Source: Azolla caroliniana (Eukaryota; Plantae; Polypodiophyta). From it: a DNA stretch of 64,000 nucleotides. The position numbers and the translations under genes are program-made. Position 1 is the stretch's first letter. Each line of letters opens with the position of its first letter. The notes under the pieces are model-generated. The model was not told the origin of the DNA and did not search any database. It saw only the letters and a program-made list of their open reading frames with translations. The stretch is taken from the NCBI GenBank assembly GCA_043228905.1, contig JBHGNT010000009.1, positions 15,996,001 through 16,060,000 of the forward strand. Direction: 5' to 3'. Below are positions 37,601 through 52,600 of this stretch, in pieces.

Positions 37601-40600
37601 TGAGTCATGTATATATAACTTTTCTGCTATTTATTCAGGTTGATTGGTTTCCATGGGGTGAACAAGCATTTGAAAAAGCACGGATGGAGGATAAACCAAT
37701 TTTTCTATCAGGTAATGCTTAAAATATTTTCTTCTTTGTTTGCTAACAACAATAGTAACTTAAATCTCTATTTGAATTGGGTATATGGACGCTGCTTTGG
37801 CACTAAAATGAAGTTGGCTACAGCACTTGCCATTGGTATGTTCTTGTAACCATCTTACTTTATTTTGAATTTATATGTGGTAATTGTCATGTTTGAAGCG
37901 TTCTAGACATCCAGATTATGTTTCCATATGTGTACGACTGGAAAGTACAGTTTTATCTTATCTTACAGAGATGCTTTCAAAACAGGAGCAATTTTTGTTT
38001 CGAAATTTTAATTTTGACCTTAAAAACTAGGGATGTCTGTCTAATGTGAAAAGAGAATTATAAACAACCATAATTGTTTCTCAAATCAATTTTTTCTTTA
38101 CTTCTTTCCCCATGAACCACGACCTCGACACCCTTGTCATCGACAAATAAAAGCCATTATCTCCTGCCATCGTAGGTGCTTCCCTCGCTTCGGAGACATT
38201 TCCATTCTGGATCGACCTATGCTAGAGATCTTTCCAAGACAAAAGCTACAATATACCTAACTTGAGAATCTCACATGTGCCAAAAACCAGATTCGCTCGT
38301 TTCTTTTCTTTTCATCTTATTTACTTTTATATTTACTGTGTAATATTATTTTATTTTGATTTGTTCTCAAAGACGAGACAACACTTTATTTTACTGTGTA
38401 ATCTATTATTTGGTCTTATAGGCCATTTTGGCCTCTTAAAAGACGTTAATATATCTTTCTTTCCCTACATTTTTCTTCTGCAGCAGACAACCTTCTAATA
38501 AATTTTTCTTACTCCTAACTTGAAAGCTACAACTCTTCTCGTTCCATTTCTCCTCTCTAATTCTTCATGGTGAAGGAGAGAATCTCAAAATAGAATACTA
38601 TACATCTTACTTCACTCCTTGGGGCTACTCGAACTAGGAGTAGCCAACAACACTATATTAGGAATGGCACATTCACATCGAGGAGTTCAACAACTCGTGG
38701 ACATAGAAGAATAAGAGAGACTGAACATGATGTGAGGGTGAAATCGTGTTCACCATGAACAATGATGAGGATTTTGGTAGTGATGTTATGTCTCATCATT
38801 CATCTGATGATGAATATTACATCTACAGCTGAAGCTAGAAGACTTCCAGGATTTTAGGATGTTGTAGCAGGATTTTGAACATTTAAAAATTTACATCTAC
38901 TCTCTAAATGTTATGATTTTTTTGTTGTAAATCATGCTGTTTGAATCTTAATGTTTAATGTTTGGGATTACGCTTAATTGTAATGCTGGTAATATAGCCC
39001 ATTGAATCTTATGTGTGTTATTGATCACATTATAATTCATATCTGATATCTCATGACATGACATAGGTGCCATGTAATGGAGGTGGAGTCATTTGAAAAT
39101 GAAGCAATAGCAAAAACTATGAATGAATGGTTTGTAAATATAAAGGTAATGATTTACTATCATAAATCTTATATATGATTATAATTACCCTTCAGAGAAT
39201 GTGGAAAATGTCCCAAGTTTTCATTTCTCTTTATTGTTGCAGGTTGACCGTGAAGAAAGGCCAGATGTGGATAAGGTTAGTTTATTTGCTTACAGAATTA
39301 GTATATTAGCACTGATTTAGTTCATTGTTCTAAATATCGTGATCTATAACATATTTGGTTGTAGGTCTATATGACATATGTTCAAGCAACCCAAGGTGGT
39401 GGAGGTTGGCCGATGAGTGTTTTTCTTACACCTGAATTGAAGCCAATGGTTGGAGGTACATATTTTCCTCCAGATGACAAATATGGTCGTCCAGGTTTCA
39501 AGTCTATATTGCGGTAAAATATTTCCATATATGCATATTTAGTTTTGGGTTATTGAAGGGGGAGTTTTTCATACATAATGCATGTTAATACTGAGACATT
39601 ATGCATATGAGCTAGCTGGACAAATATCGATATTATCTATATGCATATGCTTGTTGATCCATCTGTATGATTGCATCATTAAACCAAACCCATGCTGCAA
39701 AATTCCATTTTGATTTATTGTTGCTGCTGTCAATTTTGTAACCATAAGACATTCTGTTGCTGCTTGTCATAAGTAAAGACCTTTGTGAATGGATTTAGGC
39801 TGGCATGATATGACATTGTGCCACATGCTCGGATTATGCAACGGCTAGAAGCCCTTGGTGTTCCTACAGATATGCAATGGGGAATGTATGTACTCTATGA
39901 ATCTGTCTCAGGAAAAGTGTGGTCTTCCAAGGGTTTGTTAGAGGTGGTGGCTTGCACAATCAGAGTGAAGCAAGGATGCCCACTATTGCCCACTCTATTC
40001 GGTCTCTATATAGATGAGGGAGAAATTTGGGGGTTCGGGAGCAAGCCTAGCGGGTATAGCTATACAAATATTACTATATTCTGATGATATTGTGCTGATT
40101 TCCGACTCTCCGGAGGAACTACAAAGACATCTAAATGCCTTAAACTATTTTTTACAGACAAAGGTTTGTCGATAAACATGGATAAAACTAAAGTGATGGT
40201 TTTTAACACCACTCAAGCATGGGTAGCAAGATCAGAACCAAAATTCTTCTTGGAAGAGTAAAAGATGGAATACACACACTCTTACGCATAACTAGGAGTA
40301 ACATTTATAGGGCCCAGGTTCTCTTTTCGTGTGCCCGGCTTGCTCATGGATATGCAACCCTTGGTGCTCTTGAAAGACGATGTGCACATTTGCTTTTGCA
40401 AGAGCCATGAACTAAGCTGTGGTTATTTGATACACTTGTCACAACAACTCTTCTCTATGGAGTAGAAATGTGGGGACCGAGTCTTAACGAGGCAAATCAT
40501 TGGAAAGATTCAGAGAGACCTTTAGTGTCAATCATTGCTCGCATGATAAGGAGCAAAGCATCGGTACTCCATGATATAATCTGGGTAAAGATGGGAGCAG

Positions 40601-43600
40601 CCCCTATAATCACCAATGCATTGTTCCGATCGGTGACTTATATCCAATGTCTTTGGGAGCTTCCTAAACAAAGTTACCCAAGGTTGGCACTTATGTCATC
40701 AAGACAACTGGCTGAAAATGGAGACATTCATTGTTGGTATTAAAAATGCAGCAATGGTTCGAGTCACATGGCATAAGTATAAATGCCGTACCCCCATTCC
40801 AATATAGCTTGGACTCTCCCTATCTAAATACAACCAAAGTGGAAAAGAATAGAGTGATCTGAACTAATATCATTAACTTGGGAAACAAGATAACATGGAT
40901 CAGCCCCAAGATACGAAGATGACCCACTACAAGACACTTTTTACAAATCGGAGGTTGGATTCTTCATCAAGCCACCTTACATGGACATATATCTATTGTA
41001 TGCACTGCGCAGTGTGATAGGGCAGCTACGAACTTTATCTCATTAGTTATAGATTGAGGTAGGCAAATGTACACAAATACCCCTAGAAGAAAGAATTTGC
41101 AAATTGTGTCATCAAGGAGTGGAATCTGAAGAACACTATGTTTCCCACTGTAGTGTCTTTTATGAATAAGAGGGAGGTATCATTGCCTCTGTAAACAAGG
41201 CTTTGGCCCACTACGCAAGTTAATGGAATATAAGGACTAACAACGCCTAGGACTTTTCTTGCTAAAACTCAAGAGACATAGGGACAAGTTGTTGAAGGAC
41301 AATAGTACAACCACACAAGCTCATCCACAAAGAACAATCATAACTTTCTTTAGCCCTATCACTCCTACTAATGCTTCAAGTCAATCAAGGGCTACCTAGA
41401 TGGGCTCTCGACCAGGACATGAAAAAGGGGTTACAATAGATCAGGCAATAGCAATTTGTTGAGCACTTAGGCCCCGGTCCCACTCACCCCGACCTGACCA
41501 CCCTTGTGATCGATAGATAAAGGCCATTATCTCCTGCCATCGTAGGCACTTCAATTGCTTCAGAGACCTCTACATTCTGGATCGACCTATGCTAGTGATA
41601 TTTCAAAGACTAAAGTTATAACATATCTACCTTGAGAATTTTACATGAGATGTAATCTCTTGTTTGGTCTTATTGGCCATTTTGGCCTCTTAAAAGTCGT
41701 TAACATATCTTTCTTTCTTTCTTTACTTCTTGGAAGAAGCCTTAATAGTGGCGAAGCCTCGATATGAATCCAGAAGAGCTGTAAGAACTTTGGTGGTTTG
41801 AAATCACTTTATCAATGTTGAGTAGTTGCTCCTTGAAGTCTTTGATCTTTGTCCAGAATTCATCTATAGAATCATCTTATTGCATCTTTGTCTCTTCAAG
41901 TTTTCCGCTTGATTGTAGTAACTCTTGCTTCGTTCCGTTGAGCATATAGGTTCTTCAACTCTTCCCAAACACTTTTGGTGGTAGTGCAGGATTGGATGTG
42001 TGGAACAATGTGACCTTTGACTGACAACAAGGCAATGAGAGCATCGGCATGAGCATCGTTACCATCCCACTTAAGTTGTGAAGAAATGGAACTTGAAGCA
42101 TTATTTGTGTCAGTTGTTATGAAAACGGAGGGAGAGTTTGAAGAAGAACTTGAAGTTAGTTGCTCATCAGATCTGATGACAATGTCACATAATTGCTTTG
42201 CAACCAATACACACGGTAACACGCCTGATAGTGTATACCCACATAGGGTAGTTAGTACCATCCAACTTGTCTTCAGTGTTATGCTTGCCAAAAATATTAG
42301 TTTGCTCAGACATTGCAAGAAATATTTACTGCAAGAAGTATAGATGAGATATTGCTGAAAACTGGTTGCTGCAGAATTGGTTGTTGGGCAGTTAGGGTTT
42401 GGGATTGCTGCAGAACTTGTTTTGGCTGTATCTTTGGAACATAAAATCTGATTTGGGTGTGTAAGTCGTCAAAAAAATCAGCTCAAAATCTACTTTATGA
42501 AAACATGAAAATATAGAGAATTTGCCTCTGCTGCTGTTTTGTCCTATTCGAACTTTTTGTCACTGTAGACGGAGAGGTCCAATGTCTTCTTTGAAGAAGA
42601 AACAAAGAAAGATATATTAACGTCTTTTAAGAGGCCAAAATGGCCTATAAGAGCAAACAAGAGATTACATTGCAAGTGTTGTCTCGTCTTTGAGAACAAC
42701 AAATAAAAATAAAATAAAATAAAAAGTAAATAATACTTTGTAAATATAAAAGTATATAGATAAAATGAGATGAGGGAATTTGGTTTTCGGCACATGTGAA
42801 ATTCTCGAGTTAGATATATTATAGCTTATTAGGAAAAAGATAAAGAGAAAGATCTCTGTATGCTTATTAGGAATAATAGGATAAGGAGTAACTTAAACCT
42901 GCTCTGACACCACTTGTTAAAAAATGTAGGGATCTTAGACTAATTCTCAGATCACTTAGAAGACTTGATGAAAAATCAGTAGATTAGGAAAAACAGAGTG
43001 TATGATTACAAATGTGTAGATGATTTATATAACCAATATCTACAGGTAGCTGGAAACCCAACAGTTAAGTAACTAGGTTCACATTATTCCAACTATATTC
43101 ACACCAAGGCTTTCATAGGATACACAACCTTTGATAAAAAAATAATACAGTGGACAAAGCCTTTGTTAAAGAGGCAATGGTGTCTTACTCTTATTTCAAA
43201 TTTGATTCATTGTGACACAATTGGCAGATTCTTTCTTCCAGAGGTGTGCGTGCATATCTTGTGACTCACTCTTATCATGCGGGCAATCATTGAGATGAAA
43301 GGTCTCTCCAAATCTCGTTGGTTATTTACATTGTGAAGAATCAACCTCAGATTTCTCCTCTGTAGAGAAATGTCAGTGTCACAAACGTATCAAATAGCCA
43401 CAATTCAGTTTATGGCTCTTGGAACTCGATATGCACACATTTTCTTTCAAGAGCACCGAGGGCATGTTTGATGCTTCATGGAAATCTGAGACTAAGTTTA
43501 GGAAGGGGATTTCAAACTTCATCATCAAGGACATGACCAATCCTTCAAAGTGGGCATGTCAACATTTGTGCACAGTTAGGTACATAAATGCATGTCCTAG

Positions 43601-46600
43601 GGTTGGGAGGACAAGCCTGATACCCCGTGCCTCTCGTTCTTGTCCTTTTTTTGTAATTAGAAACTTTCGTTGCTAGTAATATAATATAGGTGTCTTAAAC
43701 TAAAAAATTGACTACCATATCATGAATTTTTTCCCTTACATCTAATGACCTTTTTTTATCTGCAACAAATTTGAGGATGCATTGCCTGAAATTATAACTC
43801 CAGAAAATTGCGTAATTTATAAAAACGAGTTTCTGTGTTAGTGCATGACAATATCTATCATGGAAAAGAAAGTAAATAAATTTTCCCCTACATGAGAAAG
43901 TTCAGAGATGTCTAATCAAAATTTATGTCAGTCGTGTGAAGGAGGTGTGGGACACAAAGAAAGATGCAATTAGACAAAATGGAGAAGAGGTTGTGCAGCA
44001 GCTTGCAGAGGCAACAGCTGCAAATGCATCCTCGCCCAAGCTTGCACAGGGTTTGCCTCAGCAAGCTGTGGAGTCATGTGCTTTGGAGGTCAGCATATCC
44101 ATGCTAGTACTTGTACCATATTTAGTTGACTGACGCTGAAATGATCTTTTAAATGAACATGTGAGTAGTTGTTTAACAAAGGCTCTTCTGTTCTACATTT
44201 TTCTTTTTTATGTAGCTTGCTAAAGGTTATGATAAAAAATTAGGAGGTTTTGGAGGACCGCCGAAATTTCCCAGACCAGTGGAGTTATATGTTGTGATGC
44301 GCCACTATAAACGTTTAAATCAAGCAGGAAAAGAGGCAGCTGCATTGAAGTTCCTGGACATGGCTCTGCATTCTCTGGGATGCATGATGCGAGGAGGAGT
44401 TCATGATCATATTGGTGGTGGATTCCACAGATATAGTGTGGATGAATACTGGCATGGTACATATGTTATTGTGATGCTTTTTTTCAAGAACTCATTGCTT
44501 CTTTGTTAAACGTTAATATATATGTAATAAATATATTGATAGATATATAATTAAGGATTCTAGAAACAAATACGTCAATATAATTGAAAGATTCATAATG
44601 ATCACAATCTCAAAACGTTTGGTTTTTCAGGTGCTTTTTCCTATCTTGATTTTTAGCATGCAAGACTTTATTAGGAATAACGTTTGGTAAACATCGTTCT
44701 TTTAGCTGCATGCTTACTGTTGGCTGTGACATGATGCAATATGTTAGTCCATTGAAACAAGATTCATTGATAGTTTGGATTGCAAAGAGTTAAAGCATAT
44801 TTTACACATTACCATTATTGTTGATGGATTGTGAACTGAATTAAAGTGTTGCTCATAAAAATACAATAGAAAATCATCAAAGTTACTGTATCCTCATTTG
44901 TATTTGCATTTTGATTTAAGAAATATAATTCAATTCACAATATTTTTCTTGAAGGGGAAGAGAAAGAGGGGAGGTGGTGGTTGCTTTACTCTATTATACA
45001 TCTGGCTGTTTATTTGTTTCTTATGTTGTACATGTTGATGTATTTTTATCTTCTCTAAAATCAAATGATGTATGTAGTTGCTATAATCCAGTATTGAGAA
45101 GATTTGATTTTTTTCTTCATTTCATATTTTTGTAGTGCCTCATTTTGAAAAGATGCTCTATGATCAAGGGCAGTTAGTGAATGCTTATCTGGATGCTTTA
45201 TGTATTACAAAAAACCCTATATATGGCCATGTTGCACGGGCCATATTGGACTACCTGAACCGAGGGATGCTACATCCAGAGGGTGGCATATATTCAGCTG
45301 AAGATGCTGATAGTGCTGAGAAAGAAGGCTCAATACGGAAAAAAGAGGGTGCATTCTATGTTTGGACCAGCGAAGAGGTGATGGCCCTTTTTGTATCATA
45401 GTCTCCTCTTTACACACTGCATATGCATGACTAAACAGTATCAAACATACTTTTTATATGTGTTCTATGGCTGATACCAGAAGGTTTTAAAGAGTGATTT
45501 TAATTGGCATGTATATTTGCATGATCCTAATATAAATGGTTGGAGAAACTCCTTAATCTGTTTCTAGTTTGGCAGTTTGAATCTGGTTTGTCAGTTTCTG
45601 TATTCATTATCTGCCGAATTTCAAAATGTTCTAACTTCTTATCTTCCGTTTGTGGTCTTTAGATTGAAGAGGTCTTGGGGAAGGAAAAAGCGCAGATTTT
45701 TATGGCAAATTATTATGTGAAACAAAATGGGAATTGTGATCTCTCACGGATGAGTGATCCACATGGAGAATTCGTTGGGAAGAATGTGCTTATTGAGCGC
45801 ATTACTTTGGATGAATTATGCTCAAAGTTCAACAATAAAACTGCTGATGAATGCAATGAAATTCTTGCATTTTGTCGGAAAAGGCTGTTTGATTATAGAA
45901 TAAGGAGGCCACATCCACACCTTGATGATAAGGTTTGAACCTATTCTACTATATTTATTGTCCATTTATCACTTAGGTAATTTTTAGGTTAAACTTATAG
46001 CTTTACAAACATGTTAATTCACTCATCTATAAGTATATTATGCATCTAAATTGAATCTGGCAAAATTTTAGCATTATTTACATCAGGAAATATAAACAAG
46101 CTCCTCAGAAAAAATAAATGCAGTAATCCTAATATTTTAATGGGTGTCACAAAAATTGTCTTATAGAATTAATAACATGATTATGTTGAAACAATTATAT
46201 ATAAACTGATAATATTGCTGTGGCAATGTGAATATGTAGGTCATAGTTGCATGGAATGGCCTGGCAATTTCAGCCTTTGCAAGGGCCGCTAGAGTACTGA
46301 GGCAAGAAGCAAGTGGCGGTGCTTCTTACTTCCCAGTTACTGGATCGGATGTGAGAAGCCCATTTATATTTACAAACTGTTATTCTTATCATTTGAATCT
46401 TGTTGTGTTTATGTGAATTTTCCTGGATTGCTTTATGTTGTGATTTCAAAGCCCATGGATTATTTGGAAACAGCGGAAAAGGCAGCTGCCTTTCTCAAAG
46501 AGAAGCTTTATGATCAGAATTCAAAGAAATTAAATCGCAGTTTCCGTGGGGGCCCATCTGCGGCGCCTGGTTTTCTTGATGATTATGCTTTTCTTATATG

Positions 46601-49600
46601 GGGTCTCCTAGACCTGTTTGAAGCTGGTGGGGAAACAAAATGGCTCTCATGGGCACTTGAGCTCCAACAAGTTCAGGTAGATTATTGCTATTAATAGATA
46701 TGATAAATATAGGAAAATGTAGTTGTTTGTAGGCAGGATTTGTTCTGGATACAATTATTGTCGACTGTTGCTTGCATATTATAGATTGGTTTTCTGTTTG
46801 CTTTTATAGTTAACATGATCAATGACACATATTTTACAAGCAAGATTGGATTGATAATGGAGAAATTACCAAAATATGCGTATATGCATTAGAATTATGC
46901 TTCCTCAAGCATCAGTTGGCATGGTTAGCCCCCAAGTCTCACAACAACTTTCCATGGTTTTGAAAGATTTCAAACAGGGTTCCATTTAGGGATCGGCAAC
47001 AGCTCGGCTCAAGCCTAAACCGTTTGGCTTAGCCGGCTTAAAGTGGCTTAGCGGCGTGGCTCGGTTTAGGCTTGAACTTGCCTTAACGGTTTGAGCTCGG
47101 CTTGGCTTGAGCCTCGCCAAAACGGCTCAAGCCGGCTAAGCCGTTCAGAAACTTGAGAGAGAGAGGGGGGGAGAGAGAAAGAGAGAGAGGGAGGGAGACA
47201 ACAAACAAGGGGAAAGAGAGAGAGAGAGGTTTCCAAGCCGTTTACCAAACCGGTTCACAAACCGTTTTAGGCTAAACTGGTTTGTGAACCGGTTCGGTTC
47301 AGGTTTGAGATCCCCAAAACGGTTTAGGCTTAGCCGGTTTGTCTTGGATCAGGCCAAACCGGCTAAGCCTAAACCGAACCGTTGCCGATCCCTAGTTCCA
47401 TTCAAGATGGATAAGTCGTTAAAAGTGAAAAAAACACATTCAATATGGGGTGAGAATGCCCTTAATTAATCAATAACATGGGCGATGGGGTTGTATTCCA
47501 TATGGACATGGCCAATGTGCATGAGATTGCCATTGGCTGATCTAATGTAACCCATGCAAATGTTGTGGTTCTGGAACCAATTTGAATGTTGTGGTCAAGG
47601 CCATACTTGTGTGGCACTTATTTGAGTTTGTAGAATGCTCCATGAACGTTCCAATCCAGGTCCATGATCATTTCAATACGACTCATTTTACCTGCTTCAG
47701 GACATATGCTACCTCCCATTTTATAGAGCTATAGCTGGCCTGTGACGAGGTGCCCATGTGTTTTGTTTTGGATGACTGTTTCTGTTTTTTGGTTTCTGGT
47801 CATAGACTGGTTATTCATTGTGGGCTTCCCTCTTGCTTGGGCACTCTTTGAATATAATATTTGATCATGTAGGTCACCAAAGCTCATGACCAACCACATT
47901 GCTTGTAAGAAAGGGCAATTAAGCATTGTTGATCACCATTCCTTTGGGTTGTTGGGTATAGATCGGTTTTCCAGACAGTTAGATATTCTTTGTGACAAAC
48001 TTTTGGCTCCCCTGTTTCTTCCAACAATGACTTGTATTGTGATATGTTATGTATTGTGGACATCATGACATCATTAACTGTAATTGGGAGTGTTAAGTGC
48101 GTGTCATCTGTCTTGAATGGGAAAAATTGTAGACAACGTACCTGCTCTAGTGTAATAGTTAAGTCATTTAGGATTTTTGAGTTAAGGGTGGTGATTATTA
48201 GCTTGCCATACACTACTCGTAGTGCTCCTTTGACTCTTCATGACAAGTCTTACCACTGGCTAGGATTCAGCTGTTGTGGTAAAGGTCCTAAATGACCCCC
48301 TTATAGTGTGTACATGTATTCTTTGTTTTTGGGCCAAATAATAAAAGGCCAAAAGTCACGTATCACACGTTCTTTATTTTTGGGCTAAGTTTAGTGTGAA
48401 CTTGGCTAGCCCTAAATGGGTCATATAAAACATAAGTTTAGAACTTTTGGATCTCACTTCAAAGGTGAGCTCCTCCAACTGCTATCCTCTTTATCTTTTT
48501 AGCCGTTGCTCTATTGTTGCACCAAAAGCACCCATACTTGGCGTCTGTACAACAAAGAAAATGTATTTAGACGTCTTCATTGTGCAACTATGGCGTTATC
48601 TTCCTTAGATGTGAAGAATCTTTTTGAGATTCGACGATTTGAGGGAACAAATTTCGACATGTGGAAGGAGAGAATGCAAGGAATTCTCTTTTTGAAGGAT
48701 TGTGATAGGGCATTGCAGGTAGAAAAACCAGACAACATGTTAGAAGATGCGTGGCTGATTTTGAACAAAAAGCCTGTTACATATATTAAGATGGTTGTTT
48801 CTGATGAGATTTTGGTAGATGTCAAAGACTGGTTATCGGCTTCCATAATATGGGCAAAGCTGAGGGCTACATATGAAAACACTACGCTTGTTAATCAATT
48901 GCATCTGATGCGAAAATATGCAGCTAGATGAGTCCTAGAGTGCAGTTGAACACTTGTCTTTGTTTACAGGTACCTTATCACAACTGTAGGACTCAGGAAT
49001 GGCTCCTTTTGATGACAAGCTCAAAGCCATTTTCTTGCTTATGACATTACCTGACTCATGGGAGATATTGGTGGTCTCATTGTCTGATAACACCAACATG
49101 ACCTTTGGTGGTGTTAGGGTTTCCATACTCAATGACGAGATTAGGAGAAAAGCAGGTGGAGAAGGTGGCAGCTCAGCCAACATGGTTAGAGGTAGAATAG
49201 ATAAGAGAAGTAACATGCACACATAAACAAAAGTAAAAGCAAGGAAAGGGGAAATAGCAGCAAAGGTAAAAGCAATGATGTAACATGCTATCAATGTGGT
49301 AGGAAAGGCCACAAGAAACTTGATTGCTGCTATTATAAAGCTGAACTTGAAAGAAGAAGAATTCTGGAGATAAGAAAAAGGACAAGATTGATGCACAAGA
49401 CAACCAAAAGGACAAAGAGAAGGTCAATTTGGCCTCTAATGTAGTCATAAAGGAGCTGTTAGATGTTGAGGACATTTTATGTGCTACTTTTTCAACTAAT
49501 GATACTTATGCATATGATGCCTGTCTAAATGTGCATCACTAAGAATGATCTTATTGATGCTTTGCTGATCGTCAATGATGTATTGGCCCAAACATGGATA

Positions 49601-52600
49601 ATTGACTTTGGTGCTTCATTTCATGTGACTTCTATCAAGGAGTGTTTCTACTTTTATTGCAGGCAGCCATGGCCATTGTATACCTTCGAAACAATCATGC
49701 ATGTTCCATTGAGGGTATTGGCACAATGCATTTTTCTACAAATGGCGCTAATGAATTGGTTTTGCTAATGTGCATTATGTACCAAGGATAAAGAAGAGCT
49801 TGCTTTCTGTGGGTCAAATGGATATGCATGGTTATAGCATTATCTTTGAGACAGGATCATGGAAAAGGACAAAAGGTTCAAGGCTGATTGTGAAAGGCAC
49901 AAAGAAGGGAACTCTTTATTTCTTACATGGAAATGCTTTATTAGGCAAGTTTATTGCTTTGGTTGAAGTTCACTCCCATATGGAGTTGTGGCATAAGAGA
50001 CTTGGCCATATAAGCCACGGTTTCACTAGGCTTTGTAATCTAAAGAAGCTTGATGTTATAAAGGTACAAAGCTTGATTTTTGTAATGAATGCCAATATTG
50101 AAAGCAAGTGAAGCGTTCCTTTTACTTTGGTGTGTCTCGTAAATCTTGTGTACTTGATCTTGTTCATTCTGATGTGTGTAGCAAATCTATGGGGGATGCT
50201 TTGTATTTTATTTCATTTGTTAGTGATTTCTCTAGAAACATTTGGGTTCAAATGCTTAAATCTAAGGATAAAGCCTATTGCTGCATTTAAGCGTTTTCAT
50301 GCATTTGTGACCACCCAAACAGGTAGAAAATTGAAATGTTTGCATACTGACAATGGTGGTGAGTATACAAGTGCTAAATTCAAGAAATTTTCTGAAATTT
50401 TGGGTATTAAGAGGGAGCTTACTATTCCATACAGCCCCTCTTCTAATTGTGTGGCCGAATGATATAATAGGACACGTTGTGAGAGGGTGAGATGCATGCT
50501 GTCCACCGCTAATCTCCCTCATGGATTTTGGGGAGAGGCACTCAAAAGTGCAGTACATGTATGCAATAGATCCCCTCACACGTCTTTAAAAGGTGACATC
50601 CCTGAAGAGGTTTGATCTGGCAAATCTGCTTCATATGATCACTTATGTGTCTTTGGTTGCGAGGCTTTTGTACATATAAGGCCTGAGCTGAGAAACACAC
50701 TTGATGCCAAGTCTATTAAGGGCCTCTTCATGGCATATGGTGAAGAAGGCGAAATGGGTTACAGGAGTTGGATACCCCAGCTCAAGAAGCTGGGATGTTG
50801 TTTTCAATGAGGCAAGGCTGCTTCAAAACGATTGTGCCTCAAAAGATGACCATAAAAGGTTAGATTTCAGCATGACCAGCTACCTGTTAGACCCAAATTT
50901 GATCCTTAGGATGCACCACAAATGGCTACAACGAGGCAAGACTGCTTCCAAACAATTGTGCCTCAAAAGATGACCATAAAAGGTTAGATTTCAGCATGAC
51001 CAGCCACCTGTTAGACCCAGTTTTGATCCTCAGGATGCACCACAAAGGACTAAAAATGTTGATGATCCAGTGGTTTTGGAGCCAGAAGATGTTGGACATC
51101 AAGATGAGGATTCTGAGGGGAATATGCAGCCAAATAATAATGTTGAAAATGGTGCTGAAAAAAATGGATAGCAGCCTAATATGGATGATTTAGACATACC
51201 ACCTGATGGACACTGATTGCCTAACAATGTGGATCATTGGGTGAGACGTTCACTCATATTAGACGAAATGTGAGTAGATTTGACCCCTCACTGCACGACA
51301 TAATGTTGACTGATGAGGAAGAACCTCTTACATATAAAGAGGCAAAAGGCATGTGAGCACAACAATAAGTGGGAGCTTGCGATGCAAGAAGAGATTAAGG
51401 CTTTGCATTCAAATAATACTTGGGACTTGGTTGAACTGCCTAAAGGAAGGAAAGCTATTCCTAACAAATGGGTATATACAAACAAGACTGTTGATGGCAA
51501 ACTGAAGTATAAAGCAAGGCTGGTTGCAAAAGGATATGCTCAAACTAAGGGCATAGAATTCTAGGAAGTGTTTTCTCTTGTGGTAAAAATGATCACTTTG
51601 CGAATGGTATTTGACATTGATGAAGAGCTTTACATGAAACAACTGGAGGGCTTTGTTATTCTTGCAAAGGAACATTTGGTATGTAAGCTCAATAGAAGCT
51701 TGTATGGGCTGAACAAGCTTCGAGACAATGGCACAAATTTTTTGATGCTTTTATGCTCAAAACATGGGTACAAAAGAAGCCATGCTGATCCTTGTTTGTA
51801 CCCTAAAAGAGATGAAAACGGCAGCCCAATCATTCTTGTACTATATGTAGATGATATGCTCATTGCTGCCAAGAAAAGTAGCACTGTTGATGTCCTTAAA
51901 AATCAGCTGAAATCGGCATTTTCAATGAATGACCTTGGGGGAGCGGAACATGTACTTGGAGTAAGAATTAGGAGACAACGGGAGCAGCATACAGGAAAAA
52001 TACATTGAAAAGGTGCTGGACAGATTCTGTATGGTTGATGCAAAGCCTCTTGGAGTGCCATTACAGCCATATGATAAACTCTCCAAGGAAGATTGTCCTA
52101 AGACAGAAGAAGCAATCAATGATACAAGGTGTACTTTATGTTTCAGCTTGTGGTTCACTTATGTATGCTATGGTTGCTACTAAACCTGATATTACCTATG
52201 TAGTGGGAGTTGTAATCCAATTCATGGCTAATTCAGGCAAGGCACATTGGAATGCAGTAAAGTCCATTATGAGGTATGTATTAGAGCTGGGGTTTTTGTG
52301 ACTTTGACATGGCAGTTGATATGGATACGCAGAAATCCACAAGTGGCTATGTATTCACACTTGCAAATGGTGCTGTATCATGTGACTTTGACATGGCAGG
52401 TGATGTCCAGCCACTAAGGCTTCCAAGGAAGTGATATGGTTAGCACGTCTGTGCAGTGAGTGTGGTTTGCTTGAAAAGGCACCTATGCTTGGTTGTGATA
52501 GCTAGAGTGCCATTTGTTTCCGGAAGTGATATGGTTAGCACGTCTTTGTAGTGAGTTCGGTTTGCTTGAAAAGGCACATATGCTTGGTTGTGATAGCCAG

